Source: Oscillospiraceae bacterium
Lineage (GTDB): Bacteria; Bacillota; Clostridia; Oscillospirales; Acutalibacteraceae
NCBI GenBank assembly: GCA_015066015.1
Contig: SVPE01000005.1
Location: 68,533 to 132,532 of the forward strand
DNA length: 64,000 nt
Direction: 5' to 3'
The notes under the pieces were generated by a model. That model was not told where the DNA came from, searched no databases, and saw only the letters and a list, made by a program, of their open reading frames with translations. This document shows, in pieces, positions 48,098 through 57,779 of this stretch. Each line of letters opens with the position of its first letter. Position 1 is the stretch's first letter. The position numbers were made by a program, and so were the translations under genes.

Positions 48098-49009
48098 ATG
48101 AAACAAAACAGTAAAAATCAGCTTTTAGGCTCGGTGCTTCTTCTTATCTGTGCATTTATATGGGGCAGTGCTTTTGTTGCACAGACCACGGGAGCGGAAT
48201 ATGTTGAGCCCTTTACCTTTATATGTCTGAGAAACATTCTCGGCGGAGTGATTCTCATACCCGTTGTACTTGTGTCAGATTTACTGAAGAAGAAAAAAGG
48301 AATTTACCGTAAAATCGATAAAAAAGAGAAGAAAACACTTTTAACCGGAGGCATCTGCTGCGGTGTGGCTCTTTGCTTTGCTTCTGTTTTTCAGCAGGCA
48401 GGTCTCGACAAGGGTACAGATCCGGGAAAGGCCGGATTTATTACGGCGCTTTATATACTTCTTGTGCCTTTGTCTTCTCTTTTTATGAAAAAAAGAGTGC
48501 GCCCCGTTGTGTGGATATGTGTTGCAGCGTCGATTGTTGCACTTTATCTTCTTTGTGTAACGGAAAGCAACTCTGTTGAGCTTTCGGATATGCTTGTGCT
48601 TATCTGTGCAGCGCTTTATACGGTGCATATACTTGTAATTGATAAGGTTTCACCCTATGTGGACGGAATAAAGCTTTCTTGCATACAGTTTTTTGTTGCG
48701 AGTGCGCTGAGTTTTTTCCCTGCACTTATCTTTGAGGGCTTTGACTTTGAGATGATAATTGCCGCAATGCCTTCAATCGCTTATGCAGGCATAATGTCAA
48801 GCGGCGTTGCATACACTCTGCAGATTTTGGGTCAGCAGAAGACAGATCCTACTCTCGCTTCAATGATTATGAGCCTTGAAAGCGTTTTTGCGGTGCTTAC
48901 CTCAATGCTTGTACTGCATCTTGCACCGACGCCGAGAGAGGCAATAGGATGCGTGATTATGTTTGTTGCAATTATTGTGGCACAGCTTCCCGAAAAAAAT
49001 AAAAATTAA
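48098..49009 (+). CDS. DMT superfamily (EamA-like) transporter
   Basis: 303 aa with 10 predicted TM helices in two halves. The N-terminus LLLICAFIWGSAFVAQ is typical of the EamA domain. Confidence 0.85.
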   Translation: MKQNSKNQLLGSVLLLICAFIWGSAFVAQTTGAEYVEPFTFICLRNILGGVILIPVVLVSDLLKKKKGIYRKIDKKEKKTLLTGGICCGVALCFASVFQQAGLDKGTDPGKAGFITALYILLVPLSSLFMKKRVRPVVWICVAASIVALYLLCVTESNSVELSDMLVLICAALYTVHILVIDKVSPYVDGIKLSCIQFFVASALSFFPALIFEGFDFEMIIAAMPSIAYAGIMSSGVAYTLQILGQQKTDPTLASMIMSLESVFAVLTSMLVLHLAPTPREAIGCVIMFVAIIVAQLPEKNKN

Positions 49010-49089
49010 TTTACAAATTAAAATTTATATGATACAATTAACCGGTAAGATTATTTATCGGTTAATTTTCTTTATAAAAGGAGAAAAAA

Positions 49090-50130
49090 ATGAGCGTTAC
49101 AAAAACACTTTTTGACACAATGCCCGACGGTGCTCCGGTACACCTTTTCACTATTGAAAACGACAACGGCGTTACTGCGGGAATCATTACAAGAGGAGCA
49201 ACACTCCAGAGCTTCTGCTGTCCCGATAAGGACGGTAAAAACGGAGACATTATCATGGGTTTTGACACAGTTGCCGGTCATATGGCATCAGGCACTTATA
49301 CCGGTAATATCATCGGTCAGTATGCCAACAGACTTTGCGGTGGAAAATTCTCTGTAAACGGAAAGGAATATCAGGTTACACAGAATGAAAAAGGTAAGAC
49401 CTGTCTTCACGGCGGCGGGGAATTCAACAGCGCAATCTGGAATGCAATCATTATTGATGACGATGCGGTTGAATTTACCTACAGAAGTCCCGACGGCAAG
49501 GAAGGCTTCCCTGGAAATCTTGATGTGACGGTTACCTATGTCCTCACACAGAGAAACGAGCTTGAAATTCACTACAAGGCAGTTACAGACACCGATACGG
49601 TTATAAATATGACGAATCACGCCTACTTCAACCTCGGCGGTGCGGAAAACGGAAACGTGCTTGATACAGAGCTTATGCTCAATTGTGATTACTTCACACC
49701 CACTGATGCAGACAGTATCCCCACAGGCGAATTGAGAAGCGTAAAGGGCACTGCCTTTGATTTTACCGAGGGCAAGAAAATCGGCAGAGACATCGACGCA
49801 GACGATGAGCAGCTTATTATGTGCAGAGGATATGACCACAACTTCTGTGTAAACGGTGAGGCAGGAAAGCTTCGTCTTGTTGCAAAGGCAAAGGATGAAA
49901 AAAGCGGTAGGAAGCTGGAGGTTATGAGTGACCTTCCCGGTGTGCAGCTTTATACCGGCAACTTCCTCGACGGCACAGAGACCGGTAAGGGCGGAGTCAA
50001 GCTTCAGCAGCATTACGGCTTCTGTCTGGAGACTCAGTATTATCCCGATACTCCGAATCATCCCGATTTCCCTCAGTGCACATTCAAAAAAGGTGAGAAA
50101 TTTGAAAGTCTTACGATTTTCAAGGTTTAA
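49090..50130 (+). CDS. galM: aldose 1-epimerase (galactose mutarotase)
   Basis: 346 aa with an AAAGGAGA RBS. Motifs are GQYANRLCGGKFSVNGKEYQVTQNE..LHGG, NMTNHAYFNL and FCLETQYYPD. Confidence 0.9.
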   Translation: MSVTKTLFDTMPDGAPVHLFTIENDNGVTAGIITRGATLQSFCCPDKDGKNGDIIMGFDTVAGHMASGTYTGNIIGQYANRLCGGKFSVNGKEYQVTQNEKGKTCLHGGGEFNSAIWNAIIIDDDAVEFTYRSPDGKEGFPGNLDVTVTYVLTQRNELEIHYKAVTDTDTVINMTNHAYFNLGGAENGNVLDTELMLNCDYFTPTDADSIPTGELRSVKGTAFDFTEGKKIGRDIDADDEQLIMCRGYDHNFCVNGEAGKLRLVAKAKDEKSGRKLEVMSDLPGVQLYTGNFLDGTETGKGGVKLQQHYGFCLETQYYPDTPNHPDFPQCTFKKGEKFESLTIFKV

Positions 50131-50164
50131 CACATATTATAATTAAAGAAAGAAGGCAGCAAAA

Positions 50165-51052
50165 ATGGATATTACAACAATCGTAGTTTATCTCAAGGGT
50201 CTGATAGGAACAATTATGAGTCTGCTTATGATGATGTCTCCTATTTCATCTGCAGGTGAGAGCTTCGGCGCAAGGGATTCCGAAAAGCTGGTTACAAGTT
50301 TTGCAGTTGTTTCTGATATTCACGTTGAAACAAACAATCCCGAGCCTTACGGCAGGTTCAGGGGTGTGCTTGAAGGAATCAAGGCAGGCGAAGACATTAA
50401 AACAGCCGTCTATCTCGGGGATAATGTAATGAACGGACAGGATCTCGAAAACTTTTTCTTCTACACCGCTTTAAAGGCAGTTTCACCTGCAGAAAACAAC
50501 CTTGTTGTTATGGGCAATCATGATATCGGCAACGGCGAAGGTGTATACACTCATCTGCGTGACAGCTTTTTGGGCTTCAATCACATCCTTACCGGAGAAA
50601 GACATGAGAACCCCTACTATTACAAGGTTATTGACGGATGCTATTTCATAGTTCTGGGAATTGAAGACCTTGCCGTAAATGAGAGTGTTATGACTCAGGC
50701 TCAGCTTGACTGGCTCAAGGGAGTTCTTGATGAAGCTCAGGCAGCAGATGCAAACATCTTTGTTCTCAACCATCATCCGATGAATTATCTTAACGGTGTT
50801 CCGAGCGACAGCCTTGAAAATCTTCTCAAGCAGTATGATAAGGTAATATTCTTCCACGGACATATGCACAAAGCGATGGACGAAACCAGCTATTACACAA
50901 TATCGGGTATTCCCTGCTTTAATGTTCCCCGTGCAACAGACATCGGTGACGGATACATAGTAGAGGTTTACGAGGATGAAATTCTTGTAAGAGGCAGAAA
51001 CTTTATTGAGGGCAGCTGGTACGAAGCACTTGAATACTCCTTCAGCTTCTGA
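50165..51052 (+). CDS. secreted metallophosphoesterase (calcineurin-like)
   Basis: Signal-like N-terminus. Motifs are VSDIHVE, LGDNVMNG, GNHD, NHHP and GHMH. Confidence 0.8.
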   Translation: MDITTIVVYLKGLIGTIMSLLMMMSPISSAGESFGARDSEKLVTSFAVVSDIHVETNNPEPYGRFRGVLEGIKAGEDIKTAVYLGDNVMNGQDLENFFFYTALKAVSPAENNLVVMGNHDIGNGEGVYTHLRDSFLGFNHILTGERHENPYYYKVIDGCYFIVLGIEDLAVNESVMTQAQLDWLKGVLDEAQAADANIFVLNHHPMNYLNGVPSDSLENLLKQYDKVIFFHGHMHKAMDETSYYTISGIPCFNVPRATDIGDGYIVEVYEDEILVRGRNFIEGSWYEALEYSFSF

Positions 51053-51123
51053 GAACAGGAAGCTGAAAGGATGTGCTGACAGATAAAATGCTGTTGCGTT
51101 AAACACAGACTAAAAGATAACAA

Positions 51124-51169
51124 AAACAGATGTATTTAAGTTGATTTTTTTGCTTAAATACATCTGTTT
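51124..51169. terminator. bidirectional terminator between the metallophosphoesterase and aroK genes
   Basis: Perfect 17-bp stem AAACAGATGTATTTAAG-(12 nt)-CTTAAATACATCTGTTT with A/T runs on both sides. Confidence 0.8.
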
Positions 51170-51218
51170 GATTTTATTCTGATTCGTTTTCAGGAGGCTT
51201 ATCCCCGGATTTATGGAA

Positions 51219-51728
51219 TCAGGTCGGATCTCGTAGGATTATTTTTTCAACGATTGTGTCAACACATTCTTCTGCGGTAAGTCCCGTGCAATCGAGAGTT
51301 ATATCGGCATATTTTTTATACAGAGGAAGCCTTTCGCTGAAAAGCTCTTTTACCGTTGTGCCTTTTTTCATGGCAACACCCCGGTTTTTTATGTTCGACA
51401 GCCTTTTTTCAAGCTCTTCAACGCCGACATCGAGAAAGATTACAATACCGTCACGGCGGAGCTTGTCCATTGCTTTTTCACCGTAGACAGCACTTCCGCC
51501 CGTAGCTACAACGGTGTTGAGGAAGTCTTCGCCGCAGATTATGTCGCTTTCAAGCTGCAGAAAGCCTTCGGTTCCTTTTTCGTCGAGAAGTTGGCAAAGG
51601 CTTTTTCCGGTTCTTTTCTGTATTGTAAGGTCAGTGTCCTCAAAATCCATAAGCAGACTTTTTGCAAGAATTACTCCGATAGTGCTCTTACCTGCTCCCG
51701 GCATACCGATGAGGATTATGTTTTTCAT
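51219..51728 (-). CDS. aroK: shikimate kinase
   Basis: Start moved to ATG 51728 (AGGAGA RBS). MKNIILIGMPGAGKSTIG is the Walker A motif, and ATGGSAVY is present. About 169 aa, typical for AroK. Confidence 0.9.
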   Translation of the reverse strand: MKNIILIGMPGAGKSTIGVILAKSLLMDFEDTDLTIQKRTGKSLCQLLDEKGTEGFLQLESDIICGEDFLNTVVATGGSAVYGEKAMDKLRRDGIVIFLDVGVEELEKRLSNIKNRGVAMKKGTTVKELFSERLPLYKKYADITLDCTGLTAEECVDTIVEKIILRDPT

Positions 51729-51940
51729 AACGAATCTCCTTTGATTTTTTATGTGGAAATAATAACACGAATAAAGAATCTTTTCAATACAGTGTGAAAA
51801 AAGAACGCACAAAAAAGGCAACCATGTATAAAAAACGCGAAACAATCAGCATAAAATGAATAAAAATTAAACATTGTTCGTATATTTATTCATTTTGCTA
51901 GGTCTTTAACTATTATTTTTTATAAAAATTCTTTTTTTAC

Positions 51941-51969
51941 TTGACAACAAGGGCTAAATATATTACAAT
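51941..51969 (+). promoter_or_regulatory. sigma-A promoter (TTGACA, 17 nt, TACAAT) of the TAXI-TRAP operon
   Basis: Near-consensus hexamers with exact 17-nt spacing, ~90 nt upstream of the start codon. Confidence 0.6.
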
Positions 51970-52055
51970 TATAAAAATATGAAATTTATGAGTATCTGAG
52001 ACAAGGGAAAACTCATATGTTTCAAAACAAAATTTATCAAACGGAGGAAAATCAC

Positions 52056-53063
52056 ATGAAAAAGTTTTTAGCAGTTCTTCTTGCAGCTCTCATGCTCTTC
52101 ACACTTGCAGCATGTGGCGGCAACAACGCAACAGACGGTAATGCATCTGACGGCAACGCATCAGCAGGCAATGCCAGCGCACTTAAGGCAGTTACTATGG
52201 GTACCGGCGGTCCTCAGGGTACATACTATGCTTACGGCGGTGTTCTTGGCACACAGATCAAGAATTCTACAGGTGTTAATGTAACCGTAGTTTCCACAGA
52301 TGGTTCAAAGGATAACATTCTCAGAATTAAATCCGGTAACATTCAGCTTGGTACTGTTCAGTCAGACGTTCTTGCATATGCTTATTCAGGTACAAACATT
52401 TTTGCAGAAGAAGGTAAGGTTGACACTTTCCGTGTAATCGCTGGCCTTTATGCAGAAGCTGTTCAGCTCATCACAATGGATCCCGAAATCAAGAGCGTAG
52501 CTGACCTTGCAGGTAAGAGAGTATCTATCGGTGCTCCTAACTCAGGTGTATATTTCAATGCTGTTGATATTCTTGGCGCAGCAGGTCTCACAGAAGCTGA
52601 TATTCAGCCTCAGTATCTTTCATTCGATGCATCTGTTGACTCACTTACCGACGGTAAGATTGATGCTGCATTCATCGTTGCAGGTGCTCCTACACCCGCA
52701 GTTGAGCAGCTTACAGCAGTAGCTGATGCTTACCTCGTTCCTATTGACGGCGATATCGCTGACAAGCTTATGGCAAACTCATCCTACTACACAGTATATG
52801 AAATTCCTGCAGGCACATATAAGGGTCAGGAAGAAGCAGTAAAGACTGTTACAGTTAAGGCTACACTTATTGTAAGCGCTGACCTTGCAGAGGAAGATGT
52901 TTACAACATCACAAAGGCAATTTTCGATAATGCTGATACTATTCCTCATGCAAAGGCTGCAGAGCTTTCACTTGAAAATGCAACAAGCGGTATGGCTGCT
53001 CCCTTCCATACAGGTGCTGCTAAGTACTTTGCAGAAAAAGGCATCACAGTTGAATCAAAGTAA
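52056..53063 (+). CDS. TAXI-family TRAP transporter solute-binding lipoprotein
   Basis: Start at ATG 52056 (GGAGG RBS). The lipobox is LFTLAAC. TAXI-like motifs are present (TGGPQGTYYAYGG, SDVLAYAY, GKRVSIGAPNSG). It lies directly upstream of the fused TRAP permease. Confidence 0.85.
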   Translation: MKKFLAVLLAALMLFTLAACGGNNATDGNASDGNASAGNASALKAVTMGTGGPQGTYYAYGGVLGTQIKNSTGVNVTVVSTDGSKDNILRIKSGNIQLGTVQSDVLAYAYSGTNIFAEEGKVDTFRVIAGLYAEAVQLITMDPEIKSVADLAGKRVSIGAPNSGVYFNAVDILGAAGLTEADIQPQYLSFDASVDSLTDGKIDAAFIVAGAPTPAVEQLTAVADAYLVPIDGDIADKLMANSSYYTVYEIPAGTYKGQEEAVKTVTVKATLIVSADLAEEDVYNITKAIFDNADTIPHAKAAELSLENATSGMAAPFHTGAAKYFAEKGITVESK

Positions 53064-53137
53064 GTTAAGTACTTTTTGACAACTATCGGCTGCAGTCGAC
53101 AAAGCTGCAGCCAATTTTAAGTTTACAGGAGGTTTAT

Positions 53138-55096
53138 ATGGCATTTTTAAAGAAAAAAACAGCCCCCGAAACAGCACCGGAAGCCATGAATCTCGATGAC
53201 GTAATGAAAAAGTTTGACCGTGAGTCAAATACCCGTGTCTGGGAAGGCGTCCCCAAGATTATTGTAAGCTGTATTCTCGCATCTTTTTCGATTTTTTGTA
53301 TATATGTAACGTTTTTTGCAACATGGCTTGACGAAGTCCGTCTTACATCCTTTGTAGGATTTATTATGTTTATCGGCTTCCTTGTGTTCCCTGCTAAAAA
53401 GGGTACACAGAAAGTAAATTATATGCCTTGGTATGATATAGTTATCATGCTTTTGGGAACAGGAGCCTTCCTTTATTTTACTTTCAATGCGATGAGCATC
53501 ATCAAAACATATGACAGATCCACTGTTGAAATTATCATCGCTGTTGTTGGTATTCTTTGTCTTGCAGAGCTTTGCCGCAGAAGTGTAGGATTACCGATAC
53601 TTATTGTTGCAGGAGTTCTGATGGTCTATGCGATTTTCTGGGGTTCAACAAACCCTGATATAATTGCAAGAATAGTAGAATACATACGTGTTCTCTTCTA
53701 CACAAAAGAAGGTATTTTGTCTACACCGATAAATGTATGCTCTAAGTACATTGTTATGTTCATCATATTCGGTGCTTTCCTTGAGCGTACCGGCATCGCT
53801 GATTTCTTCATCAACATAGCAAATGCTCTTGTTGGTCGTTTCTCAGGCGGTCCTGCAAAGGTAGCTGTTGTTGCATCAGCTCTTGAAGGTATGGTTTCAG
53901 GCTCTTCCGTTGCTAATACAGTAGGCTCAGGTGCGGTTACTATTCCTCTTATGAAGAAGACCGGCTACAAGCCTGAATTCGCCGCAGCTGCAGAAGCATC
54001 AGCTTCTACCGGCGGTCAGATTATGCCACCCATTATGGGCGCGGCAGCTTTCCTTATGGCTGAAACAGTCGGTGAAAAGTATTCAACCATCGTTGTTAAG
54101 GCTATTCTTCCTGCAATTCTTTATTTCGCAGGTGTATTCATTACAGTTCATCTTGAAGCTAAAAAAGAAGGCCTCAGAGGTCTTACAAAGGAAGAGCTTC
54201 CCAAGCTTGTTCCTCTTCTTAAGAAGGCTTATCTTCTTATTCCTCTTATTCTCCTTATCTGGCTTGTAGGCTCAAACACAAAATCAATTGCTTACGCCGC
54301 TGCAATTGCAATTATTGCGGCCATTGTCGTGAGTATGTTTGATAAATCGACCAGAGTTACCCCGAAACGACTTCTTGAAGCTCTTGCGGCCGGCGGTCAG
54401 GGTATGATTACTGTTGCCGCAGCTTGCGGTATTGCAGGTATTATTGCGGGTCTTATTACTGCTACAGGTCTTGCAAATAAAATCTTCACAGGTATTGTTG
54501 CTCTTGCGGGCAATCAGGTAATTGTTGCCCTCTTCCTTACAATGCTTTGTTGTATTGTGCTTGGTATGGGTGTTCCTACCACCGCAAACTACTGCATTAT
54601 GGCGGCTACCTGTGCTCCCATTCTTGTACAGATGGGCGTTCCCATGATTGCAGCTCACTTCTTCGTATTCTATTTCGGTATCGTTGCTGACCTTACACCT
54701 CCCGTTGCTCTTGCGGCTTATGCGGGTGCGGCTATAGCGCAGGCGAATCCGATGAAGACGGCGTTTACGGCAACAAAGCTTGCAATCGGAGCCTTCATTA
54801 TTCCGTATGTGTTTGCTCTTAATCCGGCAATGCTTTTCATTGATACAAATGCATGGGAAGTTGTCCTTATCTGCATTACATCCTTTGTAGGTATGTTTGG
54901 TGTTTCAGCGGCTCTTCAGGGATATTTCCTTGGAGGTATGTCCTGGTATGAGAGAATTATAAGCGCTGCGGGCGGTCTTCTTCTTATCTATCCCGGTCTG
55001 ACAACAGACATTATCGGTCTTGCTCTTGTCGGAGTTGTACTTGTTATTCAGTTCATCAAGAAAAAGAGTAAGCACGAAGTTCCCGTCGCTGCATAA
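53138..55096 (+). CDS. TRAP transporter fused permease (TAXI-associated, DctQ-DctM-like)
   Basis: 652 aa, highly hydrophobic with many TM helices. It follows the TAXI binding protein. Confidence 0.85.
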   Translation: MAFLKKKTAPETAPEAMNLDDVMKKFDRESNTRVWEGVPKIIVSCILASFSIFCIYVTFFATWLDEVRLTSFVGFIMFIGFLVFPAKKGTQKVNYMPWYDIVIMLLGTGAFLYFTFNAMSIIKTYDRSTVEIIIAVVGILCLAELCRRSVGLPILIVAGVLMVYAIFWGSTNPDIIARIVEYIRVLFYTKEGILSTPINVCSKYIVMFIIFGAFLERTGIADFFINIANALVGRFSGGPAKVAVVASALEGMVSGSSVANTVGSGAVTIPLMKKTGYKPEFAAAAEASASTGGQIMPPIMGAAAFLMAETVGEKYSTIVVKAILPAILYFAGVFITVHLEAKKEGLRGLTKEELPKLVPLLKKAYLLIPLILLIWLVGSNTKSIAYAAAIAIIAAIVVSMFDKSTRVTPKRLLEALAAGGQGMITVAAACGIAGIIAGLITATGLANKIFTGIVALAGNQVIVALFLTMLCCIVLGMGVPTTANYCIMAATCAPILVQMGVPMIAAHFFVFYFGIVADLTPPVALAAYAGAAIAQANPMKTAFTATKLAIGAFIIPYVFALNPAMLFIDTNAWEVVLICITSFVGMFGVSAALQGYFLGGMSWYERIISAAGGLLLIYPGLTTDIIGLALVGVVLVIQFIKKKSKHEVPVAA

Positions 55097-55112
55097 TATA
55101 AAACAACAGTAA

Positions 55113-55149
55113 AATCACCTGTCATTTTAAATGGCGGGTGATTTTTTTC
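55113..55149 (+). terminator. terminator after the TRAP permease
   Basis: AATCACC-(17 nt)-GGTGATT followed by TTTTTTC. The hairpin contains the ATG at 55131 used by the ORF track. Confidence 0.55.
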
Positions 55150-55196
55150 TTATCCGGGAAATAGAATGTATTATAAAACTAAAAGGAGGAGTCATT

Positions 55197-55829
55197 CTGA
55201 ATCCCGATAACTTGGATGAAATCATAAAAAAATACAGCGAAGCTCTTATGGAAATGGGCGATGCCTATGGCGGCGAGGTGCCCCGTGAAACAAAAAAAGA
55301 CGCCGAATCTGTGTCAAAAACCGATTCTGACGAGCCTTACAGAGGAACGACAACGGAGTCGCAGGAGACGAAAAAGACTGCAAATGCCATAAATACGGCA
55401 GCAGAAACGCAAAAAAACACGCTTCCCGAGGTGTCGGATGATACAGTAAATACAGCGCCTGCGGTCAGGGAGCCCACTGTCAGCTTTCCCGAGGGAGAAG
55501 CAACCTCATCGGCAACATTTTTTGCCGGGGTGTTTACAGCGGAAAATGCTTATCCTGTTGAAGGGGCAAAGGTTGTAGTTTACCGTGGGGACAATATATA
55601 TGCCTTCCTTGAAACTGATGGAGAGGGGAGAACGAAAAAGATAAATCTGCCAGCCTTTAAAGAGAGCAATTCCCTTGATGAAAACAGTGAATACCAAAGC
55701 ATTGATTATATGGCTGATGTTTTTGCGACGGGCTTTATACCGCAGAAGGAGCTGCTTGTTTCCTCGGTTGGCGGAAGTGATATTGTACTGAATGTACTGC
55801 TTATACCTGAAGAGGAAGGACTTGGCTGA
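55197..55829 (+). CDS. hypothetical protein with a C-terminal carboxypeptidase-regulatory-like beta domain
   Basis: The frame is open from 55131, but that ATG sits inside the upstream terminator hairpin. AAAGGAGGA at 55182-55190 is followed 7 nt later by CTG 55197, a non-canonical and uncertain start. The C-terminus ENAYPVEGAKVVVYRGDNIYAFLETDGEGRT is CarboxypepD_reg-like. The stop overlaps the next start (TGATATG). Confidence 0.6.
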   Translation: MNPDNLDEIIKKYSEALMEMGDAYGGEVPRETKKDAESVSKTDSDEPYRGTTTESQETKKTANAINTAAETQKNTLPEVSDDTVNTAPAVREPTVSFPEGEATSSATFFAGVFTAENAYPVEGAKVVVYRGDNIYAFLETDGEGRTKKINLPAFKESNSLDENSEYQSIDYMADVFATGFIPQKELLVSSVGGSDIVLNVLLIPEEEGLG

Positions 55830-55830
55830 T

Positions 55831-57228
55831 ATGGCGACACCGATAATACCGGAAAGCATTCGGGTGCATCTGGGTTCACCGAGGTCATCGGCAGAAAATG
55901 TTACGGTAAGCTTCCCGGACTATATCAAAAATGTAGCTTCGTCGGAAATATATTCTACCTGGCCCGAGGAGGCTATAAGGGCAAATGTACTCGCCCAGGT
56001 TTCTTTTGCGCTTAACAGAATTTATACCGAGTGGTACCCTTCCATGGGCTATGATTTTGATATCACAAACAATACAAATTTTGATCAGAAGTTCATAAAA
56101 GGCAGAAACATATATGAAAATATCAGCCGTATTGTTGATGATCTTTTTAATGACTATATCCGTAAGGAGGGGACAGTAAATCCTTTCTTCGCTCAGTACT
56201 GCAACGGTACAACTGTGACCTGTGACGGGCTTTCCCAATGGGGAACTGTACCGCTTGCCGAGGATGGGCTGTCAGCCTTTGAAATTCTTGAAAATTACTA
56301 CGGCAACGATATTGAGCTTGTTGTCAATGCTCCTGTTGCGGATAACCTTCCATCATACCCGGGAACTCCTCTTGCTGAGGGGAGCCTTGATGAAAACGTC
56401 AGGCGTATGCAGCTTTATCTCAACAGAATATCTGCTAATTATCCTTCAATACCGAAAATAAGTGTGATAAACGGGCTCTTTGATGAAAATACAGAAAATG
56501 CAGTCAAGGCCTTTCAGCGGATATTCAATCTTGATACGGACGGAATTATAGGTAAGGCTACCTGGTACAGAATCGTGTATATCTATTCGGCAGTAACGAG
56601 ACTTGCCGAGCTTACGGGTGAGGGCATAGGATATGAAAATCTCCCGAAGAGGTTTGAGGGAGATCTCAGTGAAGGGGACAGCGGAGGTCAGGTTGTGACG
56701 CTTCAGTATTTCTTGAATCTGATTTCATTTTTTAATTCGCAGATTCCCGGCGTGGATGTAGACGGAATTTACGGCGCAGGCACCAAAAATTCTGTTGCAG
56801 CATTTCAGCGCTTTGCAAACCTGCCGCAGACGGGAGCAGTTGATAAGATTACTTGGGATAATCTGTACGGAGCATACAAGGGGACCGTGGATTACCTCGA
56901 AGAAAGGCAGCTCATAGAGACCGTTAATACTCAGCCGTATCCGGGAGTAGTGCTCAGAAGAGGTGATACGGGTCCTTCTGTGCTTGCATTCAAAACTTAT
57001 CTTAATTATATTGCCTCATACTTTTTCGGATTGCCGTCTCTTGCAACAACACCTGTTTTCGATACCCGTACGCAAAATGCAGTAAGACAGTTTCAGCAGA
57101 TTTTTTCTTTGCCTGCAACAGGTCAGGTGAATGAAAGCACCTGGAATACGATTGCTGATGTTTATCGTGTGCTTCGTGAGGGTCAGCAGCGACTTAAGGG
57201 TCAGTATCCCGGCTATGAAATTTCCTGA
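55831..57228 (+). CDS. peptidoglycan-binding protein: SpoIID/LytB-like or SleC-like N-domain plus 3x PG_binding_1
   Basis: ATG 55831 is coupled to the upstream stop. The N-domain is EEAIRANVLAQVSFALNRIYTEWY. Three PG_binding_1 repeats are present (..NAVKAFQRIFNLDTDGIIGKATWYRI; ..NSVAAFQRFANLPQTGAVDKITWDNL; ..NAVRQFQQIFSLPATGQVNESTWNTI). Confidence 0.75.
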   Translation: MATPIIPESIRVHLGSPRSSAENVTVSFPDYIKNVASSEIYSTWPEEAIRANVLAQVSFALNRIYTEWYPSMGYDFDITNNTNFDQKFIKGRNIYENISRIVDDLFNDYIRKEGTVNPFFAQYCNGTTVTCDGLSQWGTVPLAEDGLSAFEILENYYGNDIELVVNAPVADNLPSYPGTPLAEGSLDENVRRMQLYLNRISANYPSIPKISVINGLFDENTENAVKAFQRIFNLDTDGIIGKATWYRIVYIYSAVTRLAELTGEGIGYENLPKRFEGDLSEGDSGGQVVTLQYFLNLISFFNSQIPGVDVDGIYGAGTKNSVAAFQRFANLPQTGAVDKITWDNLYGAYKGTVDYLEERQLIETVNTQPYPGVVLRRGDTGPSVLAFKTYLNYIASYFFGLPSLATTPVFDTRTQNAVRQFQQIFSLPATGQVNESTWNTIADVYRVLREGQQRLKGQYPGYEIS

Positions 57229-57242
57229 AAGGCGGTTACAGC

Positions 57243-57737
57243 GTGACAGAGAAGGAGAAAGTGATTTATGAGATTCAGCAGTATCTACGGAACATTTCGA
57301 AAAGCCGTAGCGATGAGCCGGCAATAATACCTGACGGCATTTTTTCATCGGAAACAGAAAATTCAGTGAGAGATTTTCAGGGCCTTATGGGCCTTGATGT
57401 AACAGGCAGAGTGGACTATCTTACGTTTGATGCATTAGTCAGGGAAAATCAACGTGTGATTGAGGAAGGCAAAGCTCCGGTTCAGGTTATGTCTATAGAA
57501 AACAGTGATCTGCCGCTTTATTACGGCAAGGAAAATGAGTTCGTTGAAAAGCTCAGGATAATGCTTGACTTTGTCGCGGATAAGCACAGTAACTTCAAGC
57601 ATCTTGAAAGAGGCAATGTGTTTGACCGTGAAACCGAAAGTGAAGTGAAACGTTGGCAACGTGTAATTGCTGTCGCAGATAACGGTGTAGTTGATAAATT
57701 CACGTGGAACTCTCTTGCTGAATATTATCTTTTGTAA
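57243..57737 (+). CDS. small protein with 2x PG_binding_1 domains
   Basis: GTG start. Repeats are ..ENSVRDFQGLMGLDVTGRVDYLTFDAL and ..ESEVKRWQRVIAVADNGVVDKFTWNSL. Confidence 0.7.
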   Translation: MTEKEKVIYEIQQYLRNISKSRSDEPAIIPDGIFSSETENSVRDFQGLMGLDVTGRVDYLTFDALVRENQRVIEEGKAPVQVMSIENSDLPLYYGKENEFVEKLRIMLDFVADKHSNFKHLERGNVFDRETESEVKRWQRVIAVADNGVVDKFTWNSLAEYYLL

Positions 57738-57744
57738 AAAGAAA

Positions 57745-57779
57745 AAACCGTGTATTACTTACCTTGTAATACACGGTTT
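57745..57779. terminator. bidirectional terminator between the PG-binding gene (+) and the esterase gene (-)
   Basis: AAACCGTGTATTAC-ttacctt-GTAATACACGGTTT, a 14-bp perfect stem that overlaps the esterase stop codon. Confidence 0.8.

Noticed and set aside
49288-51106. Long minus-strand ORFs 49288..50133 (281 aa) and 50483..51106 (207 aa).
   Set aside because: They are antisense to galM and the metallophosphoesterase. Both of those have clear family motifs and RBSs, while the antisense translations have none.
51729-51845. N-terminal extensions offered by the ORF track for aroK (to 51845). The same applies to ylmC (to 42923), the CD1247-like gene (to 61341), the SH3b peptidase (from 43806), the TAXI SBP (from 52017), mltG (from 62016) and the 55131 ATG.
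   Set aside because: In each case an internal ATG, or CTG for 55197, is preceded by a good GGAGG-type RBS and begins the conserved, signal-peptide or lipobox sequence. The extensions overlap promoter or terminator elements or the upstream gene.
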